From: Candidatus Omnitrophota bacterium
GTDB taxonomy: Bacteria; Omnitrophota; Gorgyraeia; JAHIPI01
Direction of reading: 5' to 3'
Length of the DNA: 64,000 bases
Assembly: GCA_016783745.1 (NCBI GenBank)
Contig: JADHVZ010000003.1
Span: 7,112 to 71,111 of the forward strand
The notes beneath the pieces are model-generated. The model had not been told where the DNA came from. It did not search any database and was given only the letters and a program-made list of their open reading frames with translations. This document shows positions 9,445-19,746 of the stretch, piece after piece (position 1 is the stretch's first letter; the number at the start of each line of letters is the position of its first letter). Made by a program: the position numbers and the translations under genes.

Positions 9445-9457
9445 ATAGGGAGAATAT

Positions 9458-10864
9458 ATGACTGTTGCGATCAATTTTTGCGGAGGGGCAAGAACCGTAA
9501 CCGGATCCATGCACCTTGTCTCGACAGACCATTCCAATGTAATCTTAGATTGCGGCTTGTTCCAGGGCCGCAGAGATGAATACTATGATATAAACAGTAA
9601 TTTTTCGTTTCATCCGGGAAGTCTGGATGCCTGTGTACTTTCACACGCGCATATAGATCATTGCGGAAACATTCCCAGCCTGATCAAGCAGGGTTTTCGT
9701 TCGCGGGTGCACTCTACGCCTGTTACGCGGGATCTTTGCCGCTATATGCTGCCGGATAGCGGTTACATCCAGGAAGCCGATATAAAATATGTCAATAAGG
9801 TTAACAGGAAAAGAGGCCTTCCTCCCAGAAAGCCGCTTTATACAAAAATCGAAGCGGTAAGATCCCTCAGACAATTCCGGCCCGTTGAGTATCATAAAAG
9901 TTTTCCCATATCTAAGGATGTCGTGCTTACTTTTTATGAGGCGGGGCATATACTGGGTTCGGCCATACCGGTTCTGGAGATAAAAACAGCGAAGAAGCAA
10001 ATACGCATAGCGTACGCGGTGGATCTGGGAAGAGAAGGCATGCCGCTTTTGCGGAATCCGGAATCACCTAAAGATATCGATTATCTCATCGTTGAAAGTA
10101 CCTACGGCGGAAGAGAACACGGAGATATTAAAGAGGCGGAACGCGTGCTGGCCGATATTATCAGAAGAACTGTGAAGCGCGGCGGTAAGATAATCATACC
10201 GTCATTTGCCCTCGAAAGGACCCAGTTAATAGTTTATTTTATAAATGAGCTTATAAAAAGAAATAAGATTCCCAGGCTTCCGATGTATGTGGATGGGCCT
10301 CTCGCGGTAAACCTTACAAGCGTATTCAGGAATAACTGGCAGTATTTCGATAAGATAACGCAGGAGGCTTTTCTGAAAAATGCCGATCCGCTCGGATATG
10401 ACCACATTACTTATGTCAAGCACGTACAGCAGTCTAAAAACCTGAACCACCAGAAGAAGCCTTGTATTATAATCTCCGGATCGGGCATGTGCGAAAACGG
10501 GCGTATTTTACACCATCTAAAAAATAATATCGAAAATCCCAAAAACGCGATCGTTATAATAGGCTACACTGCAAGAAATACGCTCGGCAGGCGCATAGTC
10601 GAGAAGAATGATATAGTGCGTATTTTTGGCAGGCCCCATGACCTGAAAGCCGAGGTTGTGGTTCTGGATGCGTTCAGTTCACATGCGGATGGGGATGATA
10701 TCGTGGAGTATGTCCGCGGCTTAAATGAGAAGTTGAAGCAGGTTTTCCTTGTGCACGGTGATATGGAACAGTCGGAAGCCTTACGCGTTAAATTGAGAGG
10801 AAAGCTTAAGTTAAAACCTCGCATACCTGCCAAAGGCGAGACCGTTTACCTCGCCGCGCGGTAA
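9458..10864 (+). CDS. MBL-fold beta-CASP ribonuclease
   Basis: GGARTVTGS, DCGLFQG, SHAHIDHCG, AGHILGS, ESTYG, FSSHAD, LVHGD. Confidence 0.93.
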   Translation: MTVAINFCGGARTVTGSMHLVSTDHSNVILDCGLFQGRRDEYYDINSNFSFHPGSLDACVLSHAHIDHCGNIPSLIKQGFRSRVHSTPVTRDLCRYMLPDSGYIQEADIKYVNKVNRKRGLPPRKPLYTKIEAVRSLRQFRPVEYHKSFPISKDVVLTFYEAGHILGSAIPVLEIKTAKKQIRIAYAVDLGREGMPLLRNPESPKDIDYLIVESTYGGREHGDIKEAERVLADIIRRTVKRGGKIIIPSFALERTQLIVYFINELIKRNKIPRLPMYVDGPLAVNLTSVFRNNWQYFDKITQEAFLKNADPLGYDHITYVKHVQQSKNLNHQKKPCIIISGSGMCENGRILHHLKNNIENPKNAIVIIGYTARNTLGRRIVEKNDIVRIFGRPHDLKAEVVVLDAFSSHADGDDIVEYVRGLNEKLKQVFLVHGDMEQSEALRVKLRGKLKLKPRIPAKGETVYLAAR

Positions 10865-10885
10865 TCTTAGATTCTATAGGCCCAA

Positions 10886-12181
10886 GTGAAAAAGAGACCG
10901 ACCTTAGTCATCGCGGATAAAAAGGGAAAAATATACGATATCCCGCCTTTAGAGGCTTGCGGTATGAAAGGCGGGAATTTTTTCCGGCTTAGGAGCCGCG
11001 AACTCATCAAGTTGCCTTACGGCAGTGAGATCTTTATGTTGCCCGGCCGCGCTCCGGTCGGCTACAGCGCCGGGAGCGGAAAGTTTGTGACTCCGAGCGA
11101 CAATTACGCGGTTGCCGCGTTTGTGCCGCCCGGCCGCACCATAACTTACAACAGCGCATACCGTGAGGCCGGCTCGCCAAAAACTCTGCCGCTTTTTGCC
11201 TATGGCGCGGTTGCCTTTTATAAAGGGGATTTTTATGCCGCCGCCGTGCAGGTAGACCGCGAACTTAGGCAGGACCTGCGGCTCATGGATGCCGCTTTAG
11301 TCAGCAAAAATGTCAAACGCTACAGAAAATTATATCCTTCGAACAGGCTTATCAGGCATCTTGAAGGTTGCGCGCTGAAATATGGCTGCCCTGCCGCCAA
11401 AAATTTCTTTTTAGAAAGATATGAGGGCCCGCTGCCTACATCCCCTCACTGCAATGCGTATTGCATAGGCTGCATTTCTCATCAGCCGGCCGGAGGATGC
11501 AGTATCACGCAGCCAAGAATAAAGTTTGTTCCGTCCGCCGAAGAGATAGCGGAGACCGCGCTGCATCATATCGGAAAGGTGAAAGACCCTGTTGTGAGCT
11601 TCGGGCAGGGCTGTGAAGGAGAGCCGCTTTTGGTTGGCAAGATTATAGAAAAAGCCGTCACACTGATAAGGAAAAGCACAGGTAAAGGCATTATAAATAT
11701 AAATACAAACGCAAGCCGGCCTGATACAATTAAACGTTTATTTAAAGCCGGGATGGACAGCATGCGGGTAAGCCTTAATAGCGCGCAAGAGCCGCACTAT
11801 ATCAGATACTACAAGCCCAGAGGCTACAGATATAAAGATGTGATCAGATCTATCAGGGAGGCAAAGAAAGCGCGGGGCTTTGTATCGATCAATTATCTTA
11901 CAATGCCCGGATTTACTGACACAAAAGAGGAATTTGATTCCCTGAGAAAACTGATAAGAAACTGCAAAATAGATATGATCCAGTGGCGTAACTTAAATTT
12001 TGATCCGGCGCGATATTTCAAGGAGCTTAGAATACCTTTCTCTGATTCCAAGTTTCTTGGAATGAGACGGGTTATAAGTGCGATAAAAAAAGAATTTCCT
12101 CATGTCCTGACCGGCTATTTTAATCCTTCCCGGCAACGAATCCGAAGAAAAAGGGGACAGACACTTTTTGAGGCGTTGTAA
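10886..12181 (+). CDS. Radical SAM protein
   Basis: CNAYCIGC, SFGQGCEGEP, NINTN, RVSLNS; last codons lie in a REP-like repeat. Confidence 0.88.
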   Translation: MKKRPTLVIADKKGKIYDIPPLEACGMKGGNFFRLRSRELIKLPYGSEIFMLPGRAPVGYSAGSGKFVTPSDNYAVAAFVPPGRTITYNSAYREAGSPKTLPLFAYGAVAFYKGDFYAAAVQVDRELRQDLRLMDAALVSKNVKRYRKLYPSNRLIRHLEGCALKYGCPAAKNFFLERYEGPLPTSPHCNAYCIGCISHQPAGGCSITQPRIKFVPSAEEIAETALHHIGKVKDPVVSFGQGCEGEPLLVGKIIEKAVTLIRKSTGKGIININTNASRPDTIKRLFKAGMDSMRVSLNSAQEPHYIRYYKPRGYRYKDVIRSIREAKKARGFVSINYLTMPGFTDTKEEFDSLRKLIRNCKIDMIQWRNLNFDPARYFKELRIPFSDSKFLGMRRVISAIKKEFPHVLTGYFNPSRQRIRRKRGQTLFEAL

Positions 12182-12242
12182 AGGGGACAGACACTTTTTT
12201 TGCGGCTACGTAGATAGCTTCAAAAAAAGTGTCTGTCCCCTT
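12150..12242. repeat. REP-like cluster: two direct and one inverted copy of AAGGGGACAGACACTTTTT
   Basis: Copies at about 12150-12169 and 12180-12201, inverted at 12222-12242. Confidence 0.88.
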
Positions 12243-12275
12243 CAATCCTGGAAGGCGCCACCGGCGCATTGGCCC

Positions 12276-12310
12276 AAGGGGCAGGGATTATTCCTTGCCC
12301 CTTTTATATT
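12276..12310 (+). terminator. Intrinsic terminator
   Basis: AAGGGGCAGGGA-ttat-TCCTTGCCCCTT followed by TTATATTT. Confidence 0.7.
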
Positions 12311-12323
12311 TCCATTGTATAAT
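12295..12323 (+). promoter_or_regulatory. Sigma70-type promoter upstream of addAB
   Basis: TTGCCC-17-TATAAT. Confidence 0.5.
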
Positions 12324-12354
12324 AGCCTATAATAATAACCTATAAAGACTTTGA

Positions 12355-12561
12355 TGTATAAAGGAAAAAGATTATTTTTGTTCCGAATTATGTTATGAGG
12401 CTTTTTTTAATGGCGGAGGCCTGGATATTGTTCCGGACATAGATGAGGCGGACATAACAGCCCCGGGGGATATAGCGAAGAGTCAGGTCATAGAGAAGGT
12501 GACAGCTGGGCCTCAGATTGAGAAATTTGTTGAAACAGTTAAATCCGGCGAAGCAAAGTAG
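12355..12561 (+). pseudogene. C-terminal relic of a permuted papain-like (YiiX/YebB-type NlpC/P60) amidase gene
   Basis: Start-less frame after TGA 12352 reads KEKDYFCSELCYEAFFNGGLDIVP...ITAPGDIAKS...*, the FCSEL...TPxD signature. Confidence 0.6.
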
Positions 12562-12563
12562 GA

Positions 12564-15500
12564 ATGGTAAAATCAGCAGCTAAGGCTAAAACGGAGCCTA
12601 AAAAGTCAATACCTCTACAATTTCCTTCAGTGGATGTGGTGGAGGCCTCCGCGGGATCAGGAAAGACCTACGCGCTCGCGAAGCGCTATGTGCAGCTTAT
12701 CACCTACCCTCACAAAGGGCCCGAAGACACCCCTCTCAAAACAATACTCGCCGTCACATTTACCAATAAGGCCACGATCGAGATGAAGCAGAGAATACTT
12801 GAATTTTTGAAGAAAGTGGCCCTCGGTATTTTCTCGGATGAACGTGAAAGGAAGGACATATCTTCTTCCATTGCCGTTGACTTTGAGTCTGCGCAAGTGA
12901 TAGCCTGCAAAGTGATGGAAGATATCATCGGCCACTATAATTATTTCCAGGTGCAGACTATAGACAGTTTTATTAATACGCTTCTTTCGGGTTGCTCGTT
13001 TCACCTGGGGTTTGCGTCGAATTTCAGAATAAAGGAGGAATACCGTACATATCTGGAATATAGCCTGGACAGCCTTATAGATAAAGTCGAGGCAGATAGC
13101 GACGTCCTCCGCACATTTGAAAATTTTCTAAGATATTACCTTTTCATAGAGAATAAGGAAGGATGGTTTTTTAAACAGGATATTTTGGGGATCATAGAAA
13201 GCCTGTATAATTATGTAAATACCTATGGCGGGGCCTTTGTCAGCCCCGAGATAGACGCGAACGACCTGCTTAAGAAAAAAAGAGAAATAATAAAGCTTAT
13301 ATGTAAAATACATTCCGCCTCACCCGAGGGCACCCACGGACGCTTTATGAAAAGCCTGGATTCTTTTATCGAGAATAACGAAGGCACCTTCAATATCGAT
13401 AGGCTCTCTAAATACTTTGGCTATGAAGAGTTTCCGGTTAAGAAGGGGGTAAGAAGGCCCGCAAATATTGCAAGGATGTGGGATAAGCTGCGCAGGGATC
13501 TGGACCAGCTCTGTAAATGGGAGTCATTCGCGCTTTTCAAGCCATATATCGATATATTTGAGCTCACCCTCCGGGAATTCGGTAAGATCGCCGGAGGGGA
13601 GGACATAGTATTTTTGCAGGAGTTAAATACGCACGCGCGGGGGCTTGTGGGGGAGAAGGGCGTTACAGTCCCGGAGCTTTATTACAGGCTCGCCACGCGT
13701 TTTCACCATTATCTTATCGATGAGTTCCAGGATACAAACCGCCTTCAATGGAGTAATATATTCCCGATGGTCGAAGAGGCCCTTTCATCCGGCGGCTCGT
13801 TTTTTTACGTTGGGGATAAAAAGCAGGCGATATTCAGATTTAGGGGCGGGGACGTATCATTATTTGATTCCGTGCAGAAGGATTTCAAAAATTATAATCC
13901 GTCGCAAAGAATGCTGGCCAAGAATTTCCGCAGCCATAAAGAGATAGTTCGATTTAACAATGAGATCTTTAGCGCCGGTAACCTGAGGCGGTTTCTAAGG
14001 GCTCATGATGAGTCTCAGAAGGAGCCCCTGGGATTTTCTGAGGGCGATATTTTAACCGTACTCAATATTTTCAGCGGCTCAGAGCAGGAATGGAAAAAAG
14101 AGAATAATAGCGGCTATGTAAGCGTGGAATCCTTTAACGCGCCTAACGCGGATGAGAGAGATGTTTTTATGCGGTCGAGGCTTGTTTCGCTTATCAAAGA
14201 GCTCGGGGAGCGTTTTCCTTACGGTGAGATCGCTGTCCTGGTAAGAGAAAATAAAGACGTTAAACGGTTTTCATCCTGGTTTCTTGAGGAAAATATACCC
14301 GTTGAATCTGAGAAGACCCTCAATATTCGCGAGCAGCCTTTGATCAAAGAGCTTATATCGTTTCTTAAGTTCTTAAACTCGCCCATAGATAATCTTGCTT
14401 TCGCCTCATTCGTATCCGGTAAAATATTCCAGAAGGCATCGGGCGTGACCGCGGAAGAAGTACGCGACTTTCTCTTCAAATTCCGGGGCCGTAGAAAAAG
14501 GGAAAAGGGCGTATATCTGTATACTGAATTCAGGCGGTCTTTCCCGGAGGCCTGGCAGGGTCTTATAGGGGGGATTTTCAAAAATGTAGGATATGTGCCT
14601 CTCTATGAACTCCTGACAACGATCCTGGGAAAGCTGAAGGCGCTGGATAACTTTCCTGAGTATCAGGGATTTTTTATGCGGTTACTTGAACTGATCAAGG
14701 AAAAGGAGGAGGATTATCCCGGCATATCCAAATTTCTGGAACATTTTGACCAGATGGTGGAAAAAGACCTTTTTGTGAATGCCGCGCACGCGAATTCCTT
14801 GACTGTCATGACCATACACAAATCAAAAGGCCTTGAATTCCCCGTAGTCATCATACCGTACCTTGAGATGGAGGTATCCGTGGGCTCCGGAGGAGCCGGA
14901 CAGAAAAGGCCATATGTGGTCAGGCAGGCGGACGATAACGCCTTAAAGCTTGTGCAGCTGAAAAAGAGTTACGGGACATATTCACCGGAACTCGCGAGAG
15001 ATTACAAAGAAGAATACATAAGGTCATTAATAGATCAGCTGAACAGTTTATATGTTGCCCTGACAAGGGCTAAATATGAGATGTATCTTTTTATGCCGTC
15101 CAGGACCTCAGGCAGGAATAATATAGCCCTTGATCTTATCCCCGGTGAAAGTGATGAAAGAGGCAGGAAAATACCGTATGGCCGTACGGAAAAGAATAAG
15201 AAGCAGTTTATGCATCTGCCATGTTCAAAATATTCGGACTGGATAGGGGTCCTGAAGGATGAATTTATCACCCCATCTCAACTTATCAACAGGGATAAGA
15301 TGCTTAGGGGCGAGATCCTGCATTATATGCTTTCATTTATCGGAAATCTGAGCGTGGACGAGAGGAGTCTATCCCTGCGCGCCGCGCGCGAGAAGGCGCG
15401 CCTGAGATATCCTTATGTGAAAGAACTTGATGCGTATATGTCTATTGTCCGGGATCTTGTAAAAGAAGAGAGATTTAAACCCTTCTTTTACGTAAAAGAA

Positions 15501-15746
15501 GGAAGGGTGTTCCAGGAAAAAGAGATCGTCAATTCTTATGGTGACACAAAGAGGATAGACAGGCTCATCGTGACAGGAAGCCGCATTTCTATCATAGATT
15601 ACAAGAGTACGCGTGATGATTTTGAGGAATACAGGTCTCAGGTCCTTGAGTATGTCAGTATTATAGAACAGATATATCCGGGGTCCGCGGTAAAAGGGTA
15701 TTTGATTTTTCTCGATCCCCTGTCTTTAGAGGAAATACATGGGTAA
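12564..15746 (+). CDS. addA: AddA/RecB-like UvrD helicase-nuclease
   Basis: EASAGSGKT, AVTFTNKA, IDEFQDT, VGDKKQAIFRFRGG, MTIHKSKGLEF, YVALTRAK, RIDRL..IIDYKS. Confidence 0.9.
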   Translation: MVKSAAKAKTEPKKSIPLQFPSVDVVEASAGSGKTYALAKRYVQLITYPHKGPEDTPLKTILAVTFTNKATIEMKQRILEFLKKVALGIFSDERERKDISSSIAVDFESAQVIACKVMEDIIGHYNYFQVQTIDSFINTLLSGCSFHLGFASNFRIKEEYRTYLEYSLDSLIDKVEADSDVLRTFENFLRYYLFIENKEGWFFKQDILGIIESLYNYVNTYGGAFVSPEIDANDLLKKKREIIKLICKIHSASPEGTHGRFMKSLDSFIENNEGTFNIDRLSKYFGYEEFPVKKGVRRPANIARMWDKLRRDLDQLCKWESFALFKPYIDIFELTLREFGKIAGGEDIVFLQELNTHARGLVGEKGVTVPELYYRLATRFHHYLIDEFQDTNRLQWSNIFPMVEEALSSGGSFFYVGDKKQAIFRFRGGDVSLFDSVQKDFKNYNPSQRMLAKNFRSHKEIVRFNNEIFSAGNLRRFLRAHDESQKEPLGFSEGDILTVLNIFSGSEQEWKKENNSGYVSVESFNAPNADERDVFMRSRLVSLIKELGERFPYGEIAVLVRENKDVKRFSSWFLEENIPVESEKTLNIREQPLIKELISFLKFLNSPIDNLAFASFVSGKIFQKASGVTAEEVRDFLFKFRGRRKREKGVYLYTEFRRSFPEAWQGLIGGIFKNVGYVPLYELLTTILGKLKALDNFPEYQGFFMRLLELIKEKEEDYPGISKFLEHFDQMVEKDLFVNAAHANSLTVMTIHKSKGLEFPVVIIPYLEMEVSVGSGGAGQKRPYVVRQADDNALKLVQLKKSYGTYSPELARDYKEEYIRSLIDQLNSLYVALTRAKYEMYLFMPSRTSGRNNIALDLIPGESDERGRKIPYGRTEKNKKQFMHLPCSKYSDWIGVLKDEFITPSQLINRDKMLRGEILHYMLSFIGNLSVDERSLSLRAAREKARLRYPYVKELDAYMSIVRDLVKEERFKPFFYVKEGRVFQEKEIVNSYGDTKRIDRLIVTGSRISIIDYKSTRDDFEEYRSQVLEYVSIIEQIYPGSAVKGYLIFLDPLSLEEIHG

Positions 15747-18582
15747 TGTAGTGACTTGCGGTCTTAATGAGAGTTTTCTAAAGTTTCTTTCAGGTTACAT
15801 TGACAGTAACTATCTGAAGAAGGGATCTGACCTGACGCGCGTAGCATTTGTCTTTGAAGGGAAAAGGCCTTCACTTTTTTTAAAGAGGATGCTTGCCGGA
15901 AAAAACAAGACAGGTTTTTTCCCGCCGCGCTTTTTTTCAATAGATGAGTTTGTCGAATACACACTATCAAAAAAAACCCCGTTTTCAAAGATGCCGGCCA
16001 TGGAATCATGTTATACGATATTTACTTTGGCAGGGGAAATAGCGCCCGAGATAGTGAAGGGGAGGGAGGAATTTTCTAAATTTCTGCCGTGGGCTCGTGA
16101 AATAGTGAGTTTTATAGATACACTTGATATCGAGGACATACCCTCACACGCCCTGAAGGATGTCCAGGCCAGCGCATCTATAGGATACGAGATCCCGGAT
16201 AATATAAACGCGTCTCTCGCGCACATAATCAAGCTGCGTGAGAGGTATCATGAAGTAATGGCCGGAACGAATTCATTCTCAAAGGGTTATATATATCTTT
16301 CAGCCTCACGCGCGGCTAAAGAGGTTGATCTCGAGGAGTTTGACGCAATATACTTCTGCGGTTTTTTCTATATGCAAAAGACACAGAGAAGCATAGCCAA
16401 ACATCTTTTTGAATCGGGAAAAGCGAATTTCTTTTTTCAGGGCCATGAGAAGGAATGGCCTGTTCTTAAGGAGACCGCACGGGATCTTTCATGCTCTATC
16501 AAGCCCTCAGGTAATAGCGCGGCGAGTTCAACCGGCCGCACGGGCTCATCGCTCAAGCTTTATTCGGCATTTGACAGACATTCTGAAGTTTGTACTGTAA
16601 GGGAGATCTTAAAAGGAGTAAAGAAGCTTAACTCGACCGTGATAGTGCTGCCGGATCCCAACAGCATGATACCCCTTGTATCCGAAATAGGCTCATTATC
16701 GAAAGATTTCAACGTTTCACTCGGATATCCGCTGAGAAGGAGCTCCCTGTACGCGCTCTTTGATTTTATAGTACAGGCGCAGAAGACAAGGAAGGGCGGT
16801 AAATATTACGCAAAGGATTATATCGCCTGCATGAGCCAGCCGCTTGTTAAAAATCTCAGGATCCTCGACAGTTACAGCGCAACGAGAATACTTGTGCATA
16901 AAGTGGAGGAAGCGCTTTTAGGCATAGAAGAGACGCCTCTTAATAACCGTCTCTTTGTAGGCCTTAAGGAGATAGAGAATGAACCGGCATTGCTTGAAGC
17001 AGCTTCAAGCACGCTGAAACATATGGATATAGACCTTAAGCCGTCAGAATTAAAGAAAGTATTAGAAGGGCTTCATTCGGCCTTATTTGTCCCATGGGAA
17101 GACCTTTCTGATTTTCAGGGTTTTGCGGGATCACTGGGTAGCCTGCTGGACGTGCTTGTTTATAAAAGCCTGATGAGAGAATACGGCCTTAATCTTAAGA
17201 TCGCGGAGAAGATGTACACGGTAAGGGACGAGCTGGAGAGTTCCCCGTTCGCGAAGGAGAAGTTCACTAAAGAAGATATGTTTAAGATATTCCAGAATAT
17301 GGTGGAAAATGAGGTGGCGCCATTCAGCGGATCTCCGCTCAAAGGACTGCAGGTATTGGGGCCCTTTGAGACGCGTTCTCTTAATTTCGAGAATGTCATT
17401 ATAATGGATGCCAATGAATCCGCGCTCCCCAGACTTCGCTTGAAAGAGCCGCTGATACCGCATGATGTCTCGCTTGGGCTTGGATTAAAGATCATTGAAA
17501 ATGAAGAGGAGATACAACGCTATCAATTTAAAAGGCTGATCGCCGGGGCGAAGAACGTGCATCTGGTTTACCAGGAAAATCCGGTAAAGCAGAAGAGCAG
17601 ATTTGTGGAGGAGATCATCTGGCAGCTGCAAAAGGAGAAGAAGTCGCTGGATGCCGTTTCCGCCCAACAGGTAAGTTTTTCAGTGAATGTATTATCTTCC
17701 GGCATAGAGATAAAAAAGACTCCTGAGATGCTGGATATGCTGAAAAATTTCAGGTATTCGGCTTCCAGCGTGGATACATATGTGAAGTGTCCGCTGCAAT
17801 TTTACTATAAACATGTGCTTGGGCTCGAGGAAAAGAAGGAATTCCCCGAAGACCCGGAAGGCAGGGAGATAGGGACTTTTCTTCATGGCCTTCTTCAGGA
17901 GACGTTCCGGGTATTTCTGAATAAGAAGCCTGTGATAGACGGAAGATTCCGCGAAGCGTTCTTTAAAAAATTCCGCGAGAGATTCAAAAACACTTTCGGC
18001 AGGAGAATGCGTTCAGACTCATTTTTGCTTGAGGATGTGATGAAGTTCAGGCTCGAGCGTTTTCTCGATGCCGAATCGGGCAGCGAAGAGAGAAGGGTGA
18101 AGGAAATACTCTCACTGGAGAATCCGCTGCAGAAGGTGATCGGACTTTCAGGGGATAAATTTGATTTTAAATATATAGTGGACAGGATAGACAGGCTTGA
18201 TGACGGTTCCATACTTATACTGGATTACAAATCAGGCGCTGATACGCTTAAGCCGCAGCGGACAGAAACACTTGAGAAAATGGAGTTTAGCAGAGAGTCT
18301 ATACGGGACAGAATAAGGTCTTTCCAACTGCCTATTTACTATCACCTGGAAAAAAGAACATATCAGGATGATACTTTAAACGCGGCTCTCTACAGCCTGC
18401 GGAATCTGAAGCTGACTTATTTAGACGATGATAATACGGATCTGGAGAGGACCATGGAGATATGCATGAAAGCGCTCGACTATATAATCCATGAATTGCT
18501 GGATCCAAAGGTGCCTTTCGCGGCGGATCGCGAGAAGGAAAGAAGCTGTACATATTGTCCATTCTTCTACTTATGCAGATAG
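15739..18582 (+). CDS. addB: AddB-like PD-(D/E)xK nuclease with Fe-S cysteines
   Basis: YSASSVDTYVKCP, VDRIDR..ILDYKSG, QLPIY, terminal CTYCPFFYLC; overlaps addA. Confidence 0.85.
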   Translation: MGNVVTCGLNESFLKFLSGYIDSNYLKKGSDLTRVAFVFEGKRPSLFLKRMLAGKNKTGFFPPRFFSIDEFVEYTLSKKTPFSKMPAMESCYTIFTLAGEIAPEIVKGREEFSKFLPWAREIVSFIDTLDIEDIPSHALKDVQASASIGYEIPDNINASLAHIIKLRERYHEVMAGTNSFSKGYIYLSASRAAKEVDLEEFDAIYFCGFFYMQKTQRSIAKHLFESGKANFFFQGHEKEWPVLKETARDLSCSIKPSGNSAASSTGRTGSSLKLYSAFDRHSEVCTVREILKGVKKLNSTVIVLPDPNSMIPLVSEIGSLSKDFNVSLGYPLRRSSLYALFDFIVQAQKTRKGGKYYAKDYIACMSQPLVKNLRILDSYSATRILVHKVEEALLGIEETPLNNRLFVGLKEIENEPALLEAASSTLKHMDIDLKPSELKKVLEGLHSALFVPWEDLSDFQGFAGSLGSLLDVLVYKSLMREYGLNLKIAEKMYTVRDELESSPFAKEKFTKEDMFKIFQNMVENEVAPFSGSPLKGLQVLGPFETRSLNFENVIIMDANESALPRLRLKEPLIPHDVSLGLGLKIIENEEEIQRYQFKRLIAGAKNVHLVYQENPVKQKSRFVEEIIWQLQKEKKSLDAVSAQQVSFSVNVLSSGIEIKKTPEMLDMLKNFRYSASSVDTYVKCPLQFYYKHVLGLEEKKEFPEDPEGREIGTFLHGLLQETFRVFLNKKPVIDGRFREAFFKKFRERFKNTFGRRMRSDSFLLEDVMKFRLERFLDAESGSEERRVKEILSLENPLQKVIGLSGDKFDFKYIVDRIDRLDDGSILILDYKSGADTLKPQRTETLEKMEFSRESIRDRIRSFQLPIYYHLEKRTYQDDTLNAALYSLRNLKLTYLDDDNTDLERTMEICMKALDYIIHELLDPKVPFAADREKERSCTYCPFFYLCR

Positions 18583-18590
18583 GACTTGAC

Positions 18591-18781
18591 ATGAAAAAGA
18601 GATTACTGAAGGAGCTCAAAAAAATCAGGAAGGAACTGCGCATCCTCCGGCATCCGGCGTGGCTCTCGGGGTAGTGATGACAGGTTTTTCTATAAGCGTC
18701 GGCGTCGCCGTTGTAACCAGCGCGGTAATGTTGTCTTTAGTCCACCATTATTTTAAAGAGTATTTAATGGATCTGACTTGA
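18591..18781 (+). pseudogene. Possible small membrane protein split by a frameshift near 18660
   Basis: MKKRLLKELKKIRKELRILRHPAW then the -1 frame gives hydrophobic ALGVVMTGFSISVGVAVVTSAVMLSLVHHYFKEYLMDLT*. Confidence 0.3.
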
Positions 18782-18818
18782 TCTAATATCTTAAAGAGGC
18801 CTGCCAAAAGGATAGGCC

Positions 18819-19736
18819 GTGATGAATGTATATCGGATCATTATAAAAAAGTGCCTCGGGTATAAAAAGGGCGAGAAGCTTCTCATCGTCTGCGATGGCC
18901 CGAAACTGAAGCTTGCTGACAGATTTTACAAAAACGCAAAAGCAGTGGGAGCGGATCCGGTTCTTATGAATATGCCCGCGCGAAGTGCGCACGGTGAAGA
19001 GCCTCCCAGGGCTATCGCGGACGCGTTAAAAGAATCTGATATAGTGCTTCTGGTGACTTCTAAGTCGCTTTCACATACGGCCTCGCGCAAAACAGCGTCT
19101 AAGAAATACGGGACAAGGATCGCCAGTTTACCCGGTGTAACCGAGGTCATGCTGAAAAGGGCTATACCTGTAAATTACAATTCACTCTATAGGAGCACGG
19201 CAAGACTTGCGCGTATCTTAACGAAGGGGAAAGTGGTCGAGGTCTTTACGGATAAGGGTACGCATCTAACGATGTCCATAAGGGGCCGGAACGGTTTTTC
19301 CGATAATGGATTATATACAAAAAGCGGGGCATTCGGTAATCTACCGGCGGGCGAGGTGTGTATCGGCCCTTGCGAAGGAACGGCAAGCGGACGGCTGATA
19401 GTGGACGGCAGTATGCCGTTAACCGGAAGACTGAAACGGCCTATAGAAATCATTATTAAAAACGGCTGCGCTCAAAACATTCCCGTCCCTCAGATGATCC
19501 CGATCGTAAAAGCGATAGGGAAGCGGGCGCTTAACGTAGCAGAATTAGGGATAGGTCTAAATCCAGAAGCAAAAGTGACCGGAGATGTGCTTGAAGACGA
19601 AAAAGCGCTAGGTACCGCGCATATTGCCTTAGGTAACAATAGATCATTCGGCGGCAAGATCTCCTGCCCGTCGCATCTGGATTTTGTGTTTTTGAAACCG
19701 ACTATACTCGTGGACGGCGTTAAATTAAAGCTGTAA
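18819..19736 (+). CDS. M29-family aminopeptidase
   Basis: HGEEPP, SLSHT, GNLPAGEV, AELGIGLN, LEDEKALGTAHIALG, HLD. Confidence 0.9.
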   Translation: MMNVYRIIIKKCLGYKKGEKLLIVCDGPKLKLADRFYKNAKAVGADPVLMNMPARSAHGEEPPRAIADALKESDIVLLVTSKSLSHTASRKTASKKYGTRIASLPGVTEVMLKRAIPVNYNSLYRSTARLARILTKGKVVEVFTDKGTHLTMSIRGRNGFSDNGLYTKSGAFGNLPAGEVCIGPCEGTASGRLIVDGSMPLTGRLKRPIEIIIKNGCAQNIPVPQMIPIVKAIGKRALNVAELGIGLNPEAKVTGDVLEDEKALGTAHIALGNNRSFGGKISCPSHLDFVFLKPTILVDGVKLKL

Positions 19737-19746
19737 AAGTGAAAAT

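Noticed and set aside
16515-16556. SGNSAASSTGRTGSS segment in AddB as an in-frame palindromic insertion
   Set aside because: Only weak pairing and no second copy in the window; may be an ordinary linker.
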